The notes: generated by a model not told the origin, from the sequence alone. A stretch of DNA of 63,492 nucleotides, filler included, from Atractiella rhizophila (GCA_021432655.1; 12 parts of 11 records of this genome joined end to end with filler, not necessarily neighbours in it), one strand, 5' to 3'. Shown: positions 51,482 to 63,492, numbered from the whole stretch's first letter. Program-made: numbers and translations.

Positions 51482-53024
51482 ATGAGTCGCAGAACAGCAG
51501 TCGATTTGAGGCTTTGGGTCGTCGCTGCAGCCCTCGCCATGTTCTACTTCCTCAATCGACCTCCCCAGACCTTTCCTCCCCTTCCCGAGCTGCAAGACAA
51601 ATGGCACACCTGGCCCGCTGATCTCCGTGAGCCATAGTTGTCAGTTCTCATGCTGTGAGCTCTAACAGGACGCTGTCATAAGGATACCCACTTTGCATTC
51701 CCAAGATATACGTTCGTCTCGTCTCATCAGCACTCGCGGGGTTCGAGGCGTCGCTGAAGTTCCAGTAGTTATACGAGCTGCCTGAGCATCTACTGCTTCC
51801 ATCAGCATCCATTTCCAAATGCCGCTGGTCACCATACTCTTCCTCTCAATACCTCCTGTCCATCCTCCACAACAACGCACACATATCCTCCCTCTACCTC
51901 ACCACCGATCCAACGACCGCCACTCACTTCCTCATTCCTCTCGACCCTTCCTGCTACCTCTTCAACTGTTGGGATTCCAGTCCTGGGTGGGACCAGGAGC
52001 TGAGGTGTGCGGTGGACGAGGAGTATTTAGGACCTGCGCTACGATGGATCGTACATGACCAGCCGTGGTGGAATCGTACGGGGGGAAGGGACCACATATT
52101 CTTCCATCAGATGGATCATAGAGACCATTATTATTCTGAGGAGCTGAGAAGGTTGATGCAGAATGCGCTCTATTTCACCACTGTCGGCGATTTGAGAGGC
52201 GTGAAAGAAGTTTGGGGGTATCGCAGACATAGAGATATTACCATCCCGTCGATCACCTATCTGCTTCATAGCTATTTCATCAATCCAAAAGACTACCTCG
52301 ACGACGAAGGACGACCTTTCGTCACTCCCTTCCCATCCTCACCTTCAAGCGTCAAGGGCAAACAAGAAACAGAGATATACGAGCCAACGTTGCGCACTGG
52401 GAAGGTGGGAAAGCGTCGTAAGCTCGCCATCTTCCGCGGGACTGGTGCCTCCAACTCAAGCACCTCCTACTCACTCGGCATCCGTTCGCTCTTCTTCAAC
52501 TCCACCTCTCCCACAGGCGAGCACCTCCACTCTGGCTTCTCGAGTCTTCCAGACTTCGACGTCGCCCACGAATCGACGAACGAAGAGTACGCGCTCGCGC
52601 TCTCGCGTGCTAAGTATGGGTTGACCCCGCCTGGATGGACTTTGGACACTACCAGGATTTGGGAGTATTTGGCTTTTGGAGTCGTTCCTGTGTTGATTGG
52701 GAGCGAGGGAATCGTGTTGCCTTTTGAGGATGATATCGATTGGGAGGGTATGACGGTCAAGATTTCGAGGAGGGAGGCACATTTGACTCCTCGTACGTCT
52801 TTCTTTTCTTCTTCCCTCTCCCTTTCCTGTCGCGTGTTGGTTCTTAGCTGTTTATTGGTGGGATAGAGATTTTGAGAGCTATTCCTAAGGAGGTGTACGA
52901 GAAGAAGCGGCGATTGGTTTGGAGCATGGGAAGGCAGGCTGTCATTGAGCCTTCAAAAGGGTTGGTTGGCACTACATCGCGCGGAGTCTTTGTCGCTTCT
53001 CCGAGACTTCTCTCCCTTCAGTAG
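51482..53024 (+). CDS. Exostosin-family (GT47) glycosyltransferase, type II membrane protein
   Basis: N-terminal TM LWVVAAALAMFYFL; YELP, TTDPTTATHFLIP, WWNRTGGRDHIF, DITIP, AIFRG, KYGLTPPG..TTRIWEYLAFGVVPVLI..LPFEDDIDW. True stop may be 53052 if a 1-nt deletion near 52966 is an error. Confidence 0.9.
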
Positions 53025-53067
53025 AAGAACGAACGTTGATATCTATTCCATGATACCAACAAGGAGA

Positions 53068-54898
53068 TCAACTTTCCTCAGGGAAAAAGTCGGGATAGAA
53101 CAAGAAAGCTAAAAATGCGATCATGACCCAAAAACACGCAACGGCGCCAGCAAACCCGAAAAATCCACTCTCCGTACTAATCGAAGGTCGCGTCCTTTCA
53201 CTCCCTTCGAACCCATCCATCTTCACCGCATTGTACAACGTCTCCTCGATACTCTTACTCATCGACTCAAGCGAAAACTTCTCCCTCACTCTTCGTTTCC
53301 CGTTCTCAGCAACCCTCGACCGCTGTTCAAAAGTCATCGAGAACATACGTTCCATCGCTTCCGCCCACACAGGTTCAAGAGGCGGACGGAGGAATCCGGT
53401 CGAAGTCTCAGCCCAACGTTCGACGTCGAATTCACCCTCTTCTTCCATGCCCATGCTGCTATCGACGATTGTTTCCCTCGGACCGCCCTCGTCGTCCGCC
53501 GCGATGACGGGTAGTCCACAAGCCATGGATTCGAGAGGCACGATGCCAAGATGCTCATGACTTGGAGTGTAGAGCAAGGAGATGGTGCGTGGGGAAGTGA
53601 GGAGGTGGAGCTTTTGGGCGTCGGAGATGTTGAGGAGGAAGAGGATGGAGGATGTGGAGTTGGGCTTGTCTGAGATGGAAGGACTGCCTTGTGATGAAGA
53701 CGGAGGGACGATAGATGAGTAGGTGTGATGTGTGAGTGATAGTTTGTCTGCTAGTCGTTGGAGCTTGACTAGAACTTGACTGTTTTCCGGTAAACGAGGA
53801 TCGTACCCTCCTGCTCCTGCGTCAACAGCTTTCCTGAAAAAAAATTGCAAGGTGAGCACATACCTGCGAGAATAAGTCGTAAGTTGGGTCGCGATTTATG
53901 AAGTTGAGCAAAAGCAGCGATTGCCAGTCCAAGGTTTTTCTTGCTCTCAAAGCGATTTATGGACAAAAAATGCTGTGTGTCCCTTCCAGCAAACATCAGC
54001 CATGCTGGAGAAAGGGTAGTGGGGACACGCACGATTGAAGGACCTGAATCTCTTCTGATGCCTGATCCACCTTAGTGAGAGCTTCATCCTGAAACGTCTC
54101 CGTGTTGATTCCGGGATATACGACGATAGGGTACCGCCGCAAGAGTGGGAAAGTCTTCGTAAATATGCTCGAGGTGAATTCCGAGTTGGAGAGCAAAATG
54201 TCTGCTTCTCCCGTCGTCGTCTCCTCCAGCGTGTCCAAAGGAGCACGATAGTGTCTTCGAATCATCTCTCCGATAGTTTGAGGCGGTCCTAACGACCTGC
54301 CGAATATGTCCTTGCCTCGCCCTGAGCTGAGGAGGAGGTCAGGAAAGTGAACGTAGAATACGACTCGGGTTCCAGTGAGCCATCGTAAGAGCGGAAGACA
54401 TGTAGAGAGCTGGTCCATGAAGATGACATCGAATGGTTTCGCCTTTGGTAAAAGGGGCAAATGAAGAGTGTAGGCGAGTTGTTGGCAAATCAAGCTGATT
54501 GTCAGGTGAAATTGACGCAAGATTTGGAGGGGCGTATTGAAGATTGTCCGTTTTGTAAATGGGATGGGAAGGCCGCGAGGTATAGGCCACGAACCGAGAA
54601 CAGAGACCTTCAAAGTGCCTGTCTCTCCCATTCATAGTTGCTCCAGGGAAAGAGCAGCAAAGACCCACCGTCTGCGGTCTCACTGAAACACCTTTCTTTC
54701 TCATGCCGCATGGTATAGATTTCGATTTCATGGCCCAATTTCTGAAGACCAACGCAAACATCGACGACAAGTCTCTCTGCTCCGCCTGTCCCGCTGCTCT
54801 GACTTCTCCCTTTAGCTCGAAGTTAGAAGGTGCTCACCAATTCCTAAGTCAGGGTGGATCACTCCTACCCGCAATTTGCGGGGTTCATCATAGTCCAT
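53068..54898 (-). CDS. ALG2: Alpha-1,3/1,6-mannosyltransferase Alg2
   Basis: RVGVIHPDLGIG/GAERLVVD, VFYVHFPDLLL, NSEFT, VVYPGI, LSINRFESKKN, GGYDPR..EN, LYTPSHEHLGIVPLESM..GGPRETI; C-terminal TM. Confidence 0.96.
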
Positions 54899-55027
54899 TA
54901 CTATCCTGCAAGCTCACGACGATGGTATCCCTCTTGATTCTGTGGTCACGGCGAGCTTTCGTCTGTTGTATTCAGAAACACGTCGACGCGTCACGTGTCC
55001 GCATTTCTAACGCGCGAAACCACGAAA

Positions 55028-55564
55028 ATGCCAGACTCCAGCTGGATAGCTCCTCTGGGTTCGCCAGCAGTTGTTATCACAATCTCTCTAATTGTTCTTT
55101 CCCTCTTATACCAATTTTTCTTTCGGATTTCGAGCACGGAGCGCGCAGTTCCATTCGTTTCTCACCAGCCGGAACAAATCGCGTTTGTTACTCTCTTTTC
55201 TGCTCGAAGCAAGGGTTCTGATGGTGTGCAACAGTCCCACTTGGAAGGGAGAGACTTTGAAAAAGCCTACCATCTTTTCCCATCTCGAAGCCAGCTCACC
55301 AGCTGCTCAGCTCTACAATTCTCAATATGGAACAACGAAATCGACTTGTGTAACCGCATTTGATCCTGCTACTGGTGAGTAGCCTTTCCTAGACTTCGTA
55401 TGCAATTTCTGACTCAAACCAGGGGAGCTGATTGACGTAGTACCTGTTGACACCCCTCAATCCATCAGTGAGAAGATTGCCAAAGCTACTTCGGCGCAAG
55501 TTGCTTGGGGAGAAAGTTCATTCAAAGAACGACGAAAGCTGTGTCGGACGTTGCTCGAGTGGAC
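55028..55564 (+). CDS. MSC7: Membrane-anchored aldehyde dehydrogenase (MSC7/ALDH22-like), 5' part
   Basis: N-terminal TM, ERAVPF..HQPEQ, AFDPATG/ELIDVV...EKIAKATSAQVAWGESSFKERRKLCRTLLEW. Confidence 0.8.
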
Positions 55565-55664
55565 NNNNNNNNNNNNNNNNNNNNNNNNNNNNNNNNNNNN
55601 NNNNNNNNTTAATTAATTAANNNNNNNNNNNNNNNNNNNNNNNNNNNNNNNNNNNNNNNNNNNN

Positions 55665-56093
55665 ACGAGAAATTGAACAAATATGGATTCGATCAGTTCG
55701 ATCACGCATTACTATCGCAGATGCTACCTCTTGAAGCCACAATCGATCATATGACCCCCAACAAACAACAGCTCATCCAAGAACTAAGGGATTGGAATGT
55801 GTGGAGAGTCGTGGAACAAGAGTATGACAAGGGATGGGAAGTCTTTGCGATTGGAGACTGGACGGGAAATGACGACGCGCCCTCCTTAGAACAGTCCAAA
55901 CGCAGACCGGACGCTGACAAGTTCGAACAAGCTCGTCAAGAGGAACTCGCTTCACTCAAGAGGATGGGTACGTTCAAGAAAATGTTCATGACTCCTCCAC
56001 CAGGAACGAAAATTATCAGACTGAAATGGGTACAACTCATAAAAAGGAATCCAGACGGGACAATAAATAAATATAAAGCTAGATTAGTCGCGG
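55665..56093 (+). mobile_element. Ty1/Copia pol fragment (start of reverse transcriptase)
   Basis: APSLEQS...ARQEELASLKRMGTF...PPGTKIIRLKWV..IKRNPDGTINKYKARLVA; similarity stops abruptly after KARLVA. Confidence 0.92.
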
Positions 56094-56556
56094 TGGAAAG
56101 TAGTAAACTCACTATTAACTTTACTTCAATTCTCGCGTATCTAGTTCTGCCTTTTGTCTATTATGTTGCTGAACCTGTCTCTTAACTTTACTGGTCGGAG
56201 GTCTCATTTCGCCACTTCTGCTTAACATTCTGCTTGTTGTTACTTTGACTCTTTACCTTTCCTACGCTTCCGTTCTGTCTTCTCCTGTGTGGCTGTCGGT
56301 CACTGCATGTTCCTCGTTGTCCTTTTACGATACGGCGTGTAGAGCGATCGTCAGTCCTATCTCCTTGCTGAACTACTCTAACCTATATGATTCGCTCTGA
56401 CAACGTGTCCCTTCGTCACCGGTCCGTTCAACTGTTACGTCTCCCTGCTCACTGTGACCTCGCTCGATCACCTCTTCCTGCTTCGGCTCGATTCAGTAGT
56501 AGTGCATTGCTGTACAAAACAGGACGACAAGGTCTAGAATAATCTAAGAATACTTA

Positions 56557-56687
56557 GACAGCAGGTTGCTTAAGTCACTCGACGATAGGTCGCCTCTCGA
56601 GCTTTACTTTGCTACTAGTTAATGTATGGACAGCAGGTTGCTTAAGTCACTCGACGATAGGTCGCCTCTCGAGCTTTACTTTGCTAC
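56557..56687. repeat. Perfect 59-bp direct duplication (56557-56615 and 56629-56687)
   Basis: GACAGCAGGTTGCTTAAGTCACTCGACGATAGGTCGCCTCTCGAGCTTTACTTTGCTAC twice, with a 13-bp spacer. Confidence 0.97.
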
Positions 56688-56899
56688 CCGCTGTCTCTTT
56701 CCTTCGGCTCCCAAATATATGTATAGCCGAATCTATTGGTTTTATCATTCTAAATTCCATTTATCTGCTGTTTGCTTCTATCTCTGTTTATCCTATTTTG
56801 TTACAGATACAGCACAACCGCATTTTGGGGGGGCATTCGGCTAACACCACATCTTTGTAACGACACTCTCCATCTCCTTGCTAGGGGTAAAAGACCGTA

Positions 56900-58228
56900 T
56901 CTCTGGTCACTTCTCGCCGTCGGTCAGGAAACCAGTAGTGCAGTCGCTGGTAAAGGAAGCATCCTTAGGTAAGCTCTGTTTACCAGGCTAAAAGTTGGAC
57001 GAGCGCCCACATTACTATCACATAAAGCTATACGAATCAGAACAACACGTATCATCCTACACTCCGATCGCAATAGCTTGGCGCTAATAGAGGCGCTTAT
57101 TCTCAGCCTAAATCGACTCCACGTAACTCTAGTAGCTCATCGGTTGCTTAGGTTTGTCAAAGGGCACGGCGGTTGCTGTAACGCTCCATAAGCCTAAGAC
57201 ACGAGCTTTAACAGTGTGCCTCAACAGAGAAGCTTTAGGTACTTTAACCAGGCAACCGGTAGTACTTTTGTCGGGGACTGTGTCTCGCAGAGCACAGTCC
57301 CAGAGGTGGCACTAGTCGCAGTCTCATTCGTACTTTCTGTCAACACCCTCGCCACATAGGTAGCATCCTCTATCGCTTTAGGTAGCACGGAGCGTCTATG
57401 GATTCATAGGCAAAGTGACGCTAGGTCACGACAAAAGGCCCTAACGACTATATAGCTCGCTGAAGCCTTTGGCGTATCCGCTACAGCCCAGCACACGTCC
57501 ACCTATCCATATGGTTTCGAGGCTGACATAAACGCATTCCCTATAGTGCGTAGAGCAGTTAAAGAACAACACTAAATCCTCTGTACAGACTTCTTTCTAC
57601 CAACATACCCAGCGTTCCGTAGAACTGTCTACTAAGGGGTAGGTACGGACAAAAGCGCTCCTGCGCGGCTTACATAGGAGAAACCACATAGAAGTGGTTA
57701 GGAGACAACAGCAGGACGAGATGGAGATAAGGGTCCTTGTGGAAGTAGACAGGACTAAAGTCTTATTTTAGAAGGGGGTCAACGAACTTGCGGAGAAGCT
57801 ACTAGCTCGCTAAACCTCGGTAGTGAGGGGGTAGTAGCTGCACATCCGGATATTAGTAAAGGGAAAAACGAAGCTTGGCTTTCATTTGCCTAAATAGTCG
57901 AACTGAAACAAACTTGGGGTATCTCTCTTCAAAGAACACCTATGCTTTCCTGGTAACAGCACTGCGAACTGCTTCAGGCATATCACGGAAAGGATTTTCT
58001 ACTGTACAGGGAGAAGATAGAAACAGCTGTATAGGACCTCCAACAAGGTGTATCTGAAGAAGGAGCTCTAGGGGCAACTCTTTACGCAAGCGCTATAGCT
58101 TAACCGGATCCATGGTAGCGGTGACGCGGCTTTCTCGCGTGTAGTAGGCTTTCCTCCATTCAGCGTATCAGCCCCTCATACAAAGCCACTTTAGGTTAGG
58201 TCCTCAGACGTACAGAGGCGCTCGGTGA
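56900..58228 (-). pseudogene. TpA-rich decayed ORF of unknown, probably repeat-derived, origin
   Basis: Minus-strand frame reads like protein punctuated by TAG/TAA: MDPVKL*RLRKELPLELLLQ...TRKA*VFFEERYPKF...GLAS**LLRKF. Confidence 0.45.
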
Positions 58229-58607
58229 NNNNNNNNNNNNNNNNNNNNNNNNNNNNNNNNNNNNNNNNNNNNNNNNNNNNNNNNNNNNNNNNNNNNNNNN
58301 NNNNNNNNNNNNNNNNNNNNNNNNNNNNNNNNNNNNNNNNNNNNNNNNNNNNNNNNNNNNNNNNNNNNNNNNNNNNNNNNNNNNNNNNNNNNNNNNNNNN
58401 NNNNNNNNNNNNNNNNNNNNNNNNNNNNNNNNNNNNNNNNNNNNNNNNNNNNNNNNNNNNNNNNNNNNNNNNNNNNNNNNNNNNNNNNNNNNNNNNNNNN
58501 NNNNNNNNNNNNNNNNNNNNNNNNNNNNNNNNNNNNNNNNNNNNNNNNNNNNNNNNNNNNNNNNNNNNNNNNNNNNNNNNNNNNNNNNNNNNNNNNNNNN
58601 NNNNNNN

Positions 58608-59315
58608 CGAATCATCGATAGATTCCTACAGCGCCTTCCTAGAGCCTTCAATCGCAATTGGTGACGGGACCGTCCGGAAGCTATGTTCCTTGTTAGGAAT
58701 TGGAAGTGAAGGAGGTATGCTGGTTGATGGGCAGCGGCGTTGTGTCGACTGCTCCAAGGATCGAGGATCTGCTCGGCTTCTCAGCATCAAAAACATTGGA
58801 ACAAGTGTGCACTCCTCCTGCTCTCCTGCTCTGCCTTGGTTAACGGAGTCGTGGTGGGTGCCCAGCACTTTCCAGACGTTCCAACCCTGAAATATACGAT
58901 CGTCAGTCCACCGGCCAGCGAAAAGGCTTTCATTCTCTCTCGGTTTCCATTCTCCACATCTGAACAGCTCGAAAGCGCAATCAAGATTCTGCGTCTTCAA
59001 TTGCGTGTCAATCATCTCCTACAGTCTCTATCCCTCCCAACGCCGTACGAGCGGACGAATGCTGACCGACAAAAGGTGATTGTTGAGACCTTCCCGTCTC
59101 AGAACGGCCTCGCATTTTTACTCTCGGATCCACAAGCGCTTATTACTATCTCTATGTTTGAAGAAGACAGAGACGATGACTGCAACGTGGCTGTGGAAGG
59201 AGAGATTGTTGAGTTGCGAGATGGACTGGAAAAGGTGTTGAGAGAGACAAGGAATGTAGGAGTAGGTATCTGGTGGATTTTGAAGAGATGGAACGAGAGT
59301 AAAATGCAGGCATGA
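58608..59315 (+). CDS. Mediator subunit Med1-like protein, C-terminal part after an internal gap
   Basis: YSAFLEPSIAI...ILSRFPFSTSEQLESAIKILRLQLRVNHLLQSL resembles the Med1 domain end. One intron and an apparent 1-nt indel near 58730. Confidence 0.5.
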
Positions 59316-59353
59316 TCCGAATGGATTTTATTCATTTCGGCCTAATACACTTA

Positions 59354-59816
59354 GAGCCTGTTTGGCAACTCCCAAATTCGAAATCCTGGCTGGGGTGAAT
59401 TGGACGTGAATTGGACCCTAATCAGGCAATTCAGCGTACCGTTTGGCGGCCATAAAATTGCAATTCTCAATCTGTGAATTGCAATTCACCCCAGCCAAGA
59501 TTTCAAAAATCGAAATCGAGCTCCAGAGCTGTATTTCGATCCTAAATTTCCTGAATTCGTTGCCGGGAGATGAAACGGACACCTCTCGGTCCTGTCCATG
59601 ACCGGGAATGTATTGAAACACCAAAAAAATGCGGGTGAGGACTCAGTTGCGGCATGCTCACGGCCAAGCGAATGCAAGCAAATTTTCCAAATCAGAATTG
59701 CGTTTGGCAACAGCTTGAATTCAAATTCTCAATTCAGGAAGCTGCTTGAATTGGATTCCCAATTCAGGCAATTCACAAAATTCGAATTCAGGCTGAATTG
59801 GCAGCCAAACGGGCTC
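59354..59816. mobile_element. PIF/Harbinger (Tourist-like) MITE, 463 bp
   Basis: TIRs GAGCCTGTTTGGC / GCCAAACGGGCTC (12/13), TTA TSD (59351-59353 and 59817-59819), non-coding interior rich in GAATT/AATTC. Confidence 0.92.
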
Positions 59817-59933
59817 TTAGCAGAAATTTGTGGGAGAGCATTCGTGCCTGTCATGTGATTGATTAGCAACTTCCGCCCGCTCCACTGAAAAAAAATCATC
59901 TACCCTGAGCTTCTGTGTGGGAGCTCTAGTGTC

Positions 59934-60212
59934 ATGGCGCAAGGTTTCAACAGCAAGAAAGCGCCGAGCGCACCGTCAACGAAGAAGATGCACCCATCAA
60001 ACCGAAACAGCTCCAAAACATCCAAAGGAGCCCGAGTTGCAGCACCGAAAAAATCAGCTGCGATTCTGGAGAAAAACAGGAAGACTAAGATCTCATCCAG
60101 TGTGAATGGAAATATTGAGAAACTTATGGCGGAGAAAGCTGGAAGTGGAGGTGCTGGTGCGAAGTTGAGAATAGTGAAGGCAGAAGGGAAGAAAGAGGAG
60201 CAGAAAAAGTGA
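59934..60212 (+). CDS. Small basic UPF0390/DUF2462 (C19orf53/LYDG10-like) protein
   Basis: MAQG start, KGARVAAPKK, NIEKLMAEKA, KLRIVK; 92 aa, intronless. Confidence 0.85.
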   Translation: MAQGFNSKKAPSAPSTKKMHPSNRNSSKTSKGARVAAPKKSAAILEKNRKTKISSSVNGNIEKLMAEKAGSGGAGAKLRIVKAEGKKEEQKK

Positions 60213-62310
60213 GGTTGTTTTTGGGAGGTGCGTATCTTTTTCCTTCTGCAAGCGGGAGGTTTGATGAAATTCTGGTTAAGCCAGAATTTTCAGAATTTGC
60301 TTGACATGGTAGTCGTCGCATCCTCACGCCGAGCCAGAGGTAGTAGCTCGTTAAACATACCTCTAGAAAGTTGTAATAAAGAACAAAAGAACACGCTCAC
60401 TTTAGGAGATGTTATCTCCTTGTTATCGCAATGACATTGTCCCATCTGCTTCTGCCACCGAGATTTATCTGCTCGCTCTTTTGCAATTCTACAAAGAGCG
60501 TGCTAAACTACCTCGGAATATTGAATCACAAAGCTTTTCTGCAGATCTCATTGGAAATTTCATATGAAGAGCGAGTTTTGAAGGAAAAGCAAATTTTCTA
60601 CCTTATCACGTCCGGAAGCAATACTTCATCTGATGCAATTCAAAGTATTCCATTACAGACTTGACTCACAGTCGATGTGCCGTTTATCCCAACAAAAAAA
60701 GATACAGATCTTTCTTTCATGGTATCGCGGTGTTTCACCCTCCTCTGGTTTCAATATTCATAGAGTTATACTCGATATCTCTTGTTCTATTCGTCCAGTT
60801 CAATCCCCGGATCTTCTAACGCCAGAATTCAAATGTGTTTAAACGTAATAAATTAATGTACGATATGAAGTGATGGTCAATACTTGAACTTTGCTCGTCG
60901 GAAGTGAGAAATGATGAGACAACAAGTACATGTTTTCTCGACCCATGCACTTCCGTAAGCCGGCTTTTAAATCCTGAGGCAAGCTCATGTACGTGCCTCT
61001 TGTGCATATTGAACTAGCTCCTTCCAAACCCATTCCGGACCCTAGGATGAGTCCTCTTTACAAGGACGTCAGTGCTGCATGGCTCGCACTGTATATTGTT
61101 TAGCTTTGTGACGCTGCACCTGGAACAGAAGCTGCAAAAGCAATTTAATAGGCATTCGAGGACGAGTTGTGAGAAACGCATGTATAACAACTTTGAATTT
61201 CCTGCTTCCAACCACTACCTCTGTACTTGTCAAGTAGACAGGCAGCCGTGATCGAAAGAATAACCTTCGACATAGTGCGCATACACCGAATAATTCAACT
61301 TTACAAGAACGAAAAGCACTTCATGGATTGAAAGGTCTACCACTCTGACACATTGGACTAATCCCACTACTGCTACTCCTTGACATTACGCAAAATAAAA
61401 TGCTGCAAGTTGCTCTCTGGAGCTGAAGGCAATGAATCGTCAACCTCTGTAGAACAGGAACGAAGGAGTATGCTTACCGTATATTCTAATGTGAAATATT
61501 GGTTTAATTCGAGTCCATGCCAACCCTATCCGTCTCTTGAAGGCATCTCATCGTCCCTCCATCCTCCTCCCACTCCACCTTCTGTTTCCCTCCTGTTCCT
61601 TCTAGCAACCCGTTCCAAACATACTTCGCAAGCCTCTTATGCGCTTCGAGGGAGGGATGAAAGCAATCGACGTTGCTGAGTGATTCAACTGGTACCAGAT
61701 ATTCACATCAACGTTGTTTTTCAGTGAAAGGAAGAGAGATATCGCACTCGGAAATGACACCCAGTCGAATTCTAATGGGTGATAAAGTACCGTAAAGTTG
61801 TCATACTTTGCCTGCTTGTACTCGAAAGCGATCCGAATTNNNNNNNNNNNNNNNNNNNNNNNNNNNNNNNNNNNNNNNNNNNNTTAATTAATTAANNNNN
61901 NNNNNNNNNNNNNNNNNNNNNNNNNNNNNNNNNNNNNNNACTGCTGCAAGGAGAATCGAGTACCTTGACAGCCTTTCGAGCAGCAAGATCGCCAGGAACA
62001 AACGGGAAGGCATCACTCGAGTCATTGGTATGACGGACGCAACCTCAGATGACGAAAAGCAGCTTGACGGTCGGCTTGTTCAAAAGCTTCTACGTTGGCG
62101 AGGTGAACCATTTGAAAGATTCGTGCGACTTGTGTCACAAAAGGGGATTGAAATGGAGCAGCAGCTTGGGGCAAAAATTCGTGACACTCCTCGTCATGAT
62201 CCCACTGATTTGACTCCGCGGCTTTACTTTGACTTACGAAAGCTTCCTTGATGCGTCCCTGTTTACATTTTTGATCCTCAGTACTACAATGCCTTGTAGC
62301 TCCCCATGCG

Positions 62311-62405
62311 CAGGGAACTCAAATGTTACTTTGATGATACTTTTCATTTCACGACTCATGACTTTATGGACCGTGATGAATTCAACTATTTTCATGCGGT
62401 GAACC
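62311..62405. mobile_element. Probable terminus of a related hAT element
   Basis: CAGGGAACTC...TGATGATAC..TTCAT...TCATGACTTT aligns by eye with the reverse-complemented right end of the 38013-41876 hAT (CAGGGACTC...TCATGATAAGTTCAT...TCATGACTTT). Confidence 0.5.
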
Positions 62406-63492
62406 TAAAGATTACGTCGGGAGATCTGAACCAAGCTGTACCAGTTATCTGATGACAATGAGGACGAAACTCTCGGTTGGGACTCAGAGGTCGATGAGGA
62501 GGACGACATGGATGTTGATGATCATTTTGAGACCTGGAGTGGGGACTCCAAAGAGGAGGAAGAAGAGGCGGATGACTGGAGGGAAAGGAGGAATCTCTTT
62601 GTATGAGAATTCCACCCTGCGATGGAGACGAGTCAAGGTGAAGAAATGGATGTGACATCTGGAGATGAATGAACATCACATAGGTAGCTAATCCAAACAT
62701 TTCGACATTGAACGTGGGATGGCTTGCCACAAGCTTAAGCCATAACTTGAAGGTTGTGACACGGCAACAAGATGGGTTCTCAGCTCTGACTTCTTCAGTC
62801 CTCACACGAGGATGAGCAGTAAGCAGTACCTTGCCAAAGAAGTTGTCAGTAGGAGAAATAGTCAGATGCAGGGAAGACGCACAAAGCTCACTGGACAATT
62901 GCCAATAGAGCCGATGGGAGAGCGAGGCAGTGGAGGCAAAAGAGCAATTGACGAGCAGTGAATACGGGAAGGAGAGTCGGTGTCTTTATCACTCCTGACT
63001 AGTGGTAGAGTCTTTGCTTGAACTTGAATGAATCTTGGAGCGGAGCACATCCCAAAAGTGCCCAGGCCCAGGTTCAGTCAAGTTGACATCAACAAACACC
63101 ATAACGCCCATTGCCGGACGGAAAAGGGAGGAGGGAAGAGGGAGTACTATCAGGACCGGAGCACTCGCAAAGTTCCATCTCCAATAATTAACCAGGGCAG
63201 GGTAAGTGTCGTCGAGAACGGCGGAGATTGATCGTGGTATTCTGCGGGATATCGGGTTGCTTGCTTTAGTTTGAGCACAAGCTGCGGTGTGGGAAACCTG
63301 AAGAAAGGTGAAGAGGTGAGCCTGACTTTCTGTGAGACAAATCTGTGGCCAAAACAGCGACAACAGACCTAGTACGTTAACATCCGTGCTCAAGAATACT
63401 TCAGGCTAACCTGAGTCTTTTGTCTTATCAATTTATAACCACAAGATGGAATCGAGATGGAGGATGTGGTTTTCGGTTCCGTCAACTCGGGG

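Noticed and set aside
52955..53052. Programmed frameshifting in GT47 (also Med1-like near 58730 and CHR near 3812)
   Set aside because: Each is a 1-nt indel in a short homopolymer with no slippery heptamer or stimulatory structure; sequencing error or decay is more likely. Raw reads would settle it.
56557..56687. CRISPR-like repeat-spacer array (also 37542-37667 and 33843-33903)
   Set aside because: Only 2-3 copies, wrong unit and spacer sizes, eukaryotic context, no cas genes; simple local duplications.
58196..58890. Long ORFs containing X runs
   Set aside because: Artefacts of translating through N gaps.

Overview
Eukaryotic, intron-rich fungal DNA: a basidiomycete, plausibly Pucciniomycotina (inferred from protein style, FunK1 kinase and ~50-nt introns). 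The window is not one locus. It is 12 pieces joined by identical 100-nt linkers (N44-TTAATTAATTAA-N44), and the pieces mostly decrease in size (6273, 6270, 6244, 6239, 6239, 6230, 6208, 6175 nt), so neighbours across linkers are not biologically meaningful. Recognisable host genes: UTP21, TAF8, NDUFV1, SUZ-domain, arrestin-like, OTU deubiquitinase, DES1, cysteine synthase-like, UGT, MRPL16, PH-domain, SNRNP40, FMT1, a Zn2Cys6 factor, IDI1, FunK1 kinase, YBP/ALF4-like, CWC27, GT47, ALG2, MSC7-like ALDH, Med1-like, DUF2462 and a cutinase. Mobile elements with boundaries verifiable in the sequence: a decayed hAT (TIRs, 8-bp TSD) carrying a young tRNA-headed poly(A) SINE (13-bp TSD), a Tourist-like MITE (TTA TSD), and a 114-bp TG...CA solo-LTR-like element (5-bp TSD). 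A Copia RT fragment is also present. The main candidates for novelty are: (1) the mini-LTR holding tRNA B-box and A-box in permuted order, which would form a Pol III promoter only when its ends are joined; (2) the SINE; (3) a CpA>TpA RIP-like signature unexpected in a basidiomycete; (4) oversized early introns in several housekeeping genes. All family calls are from motif recognition by eye; no database searches were run.
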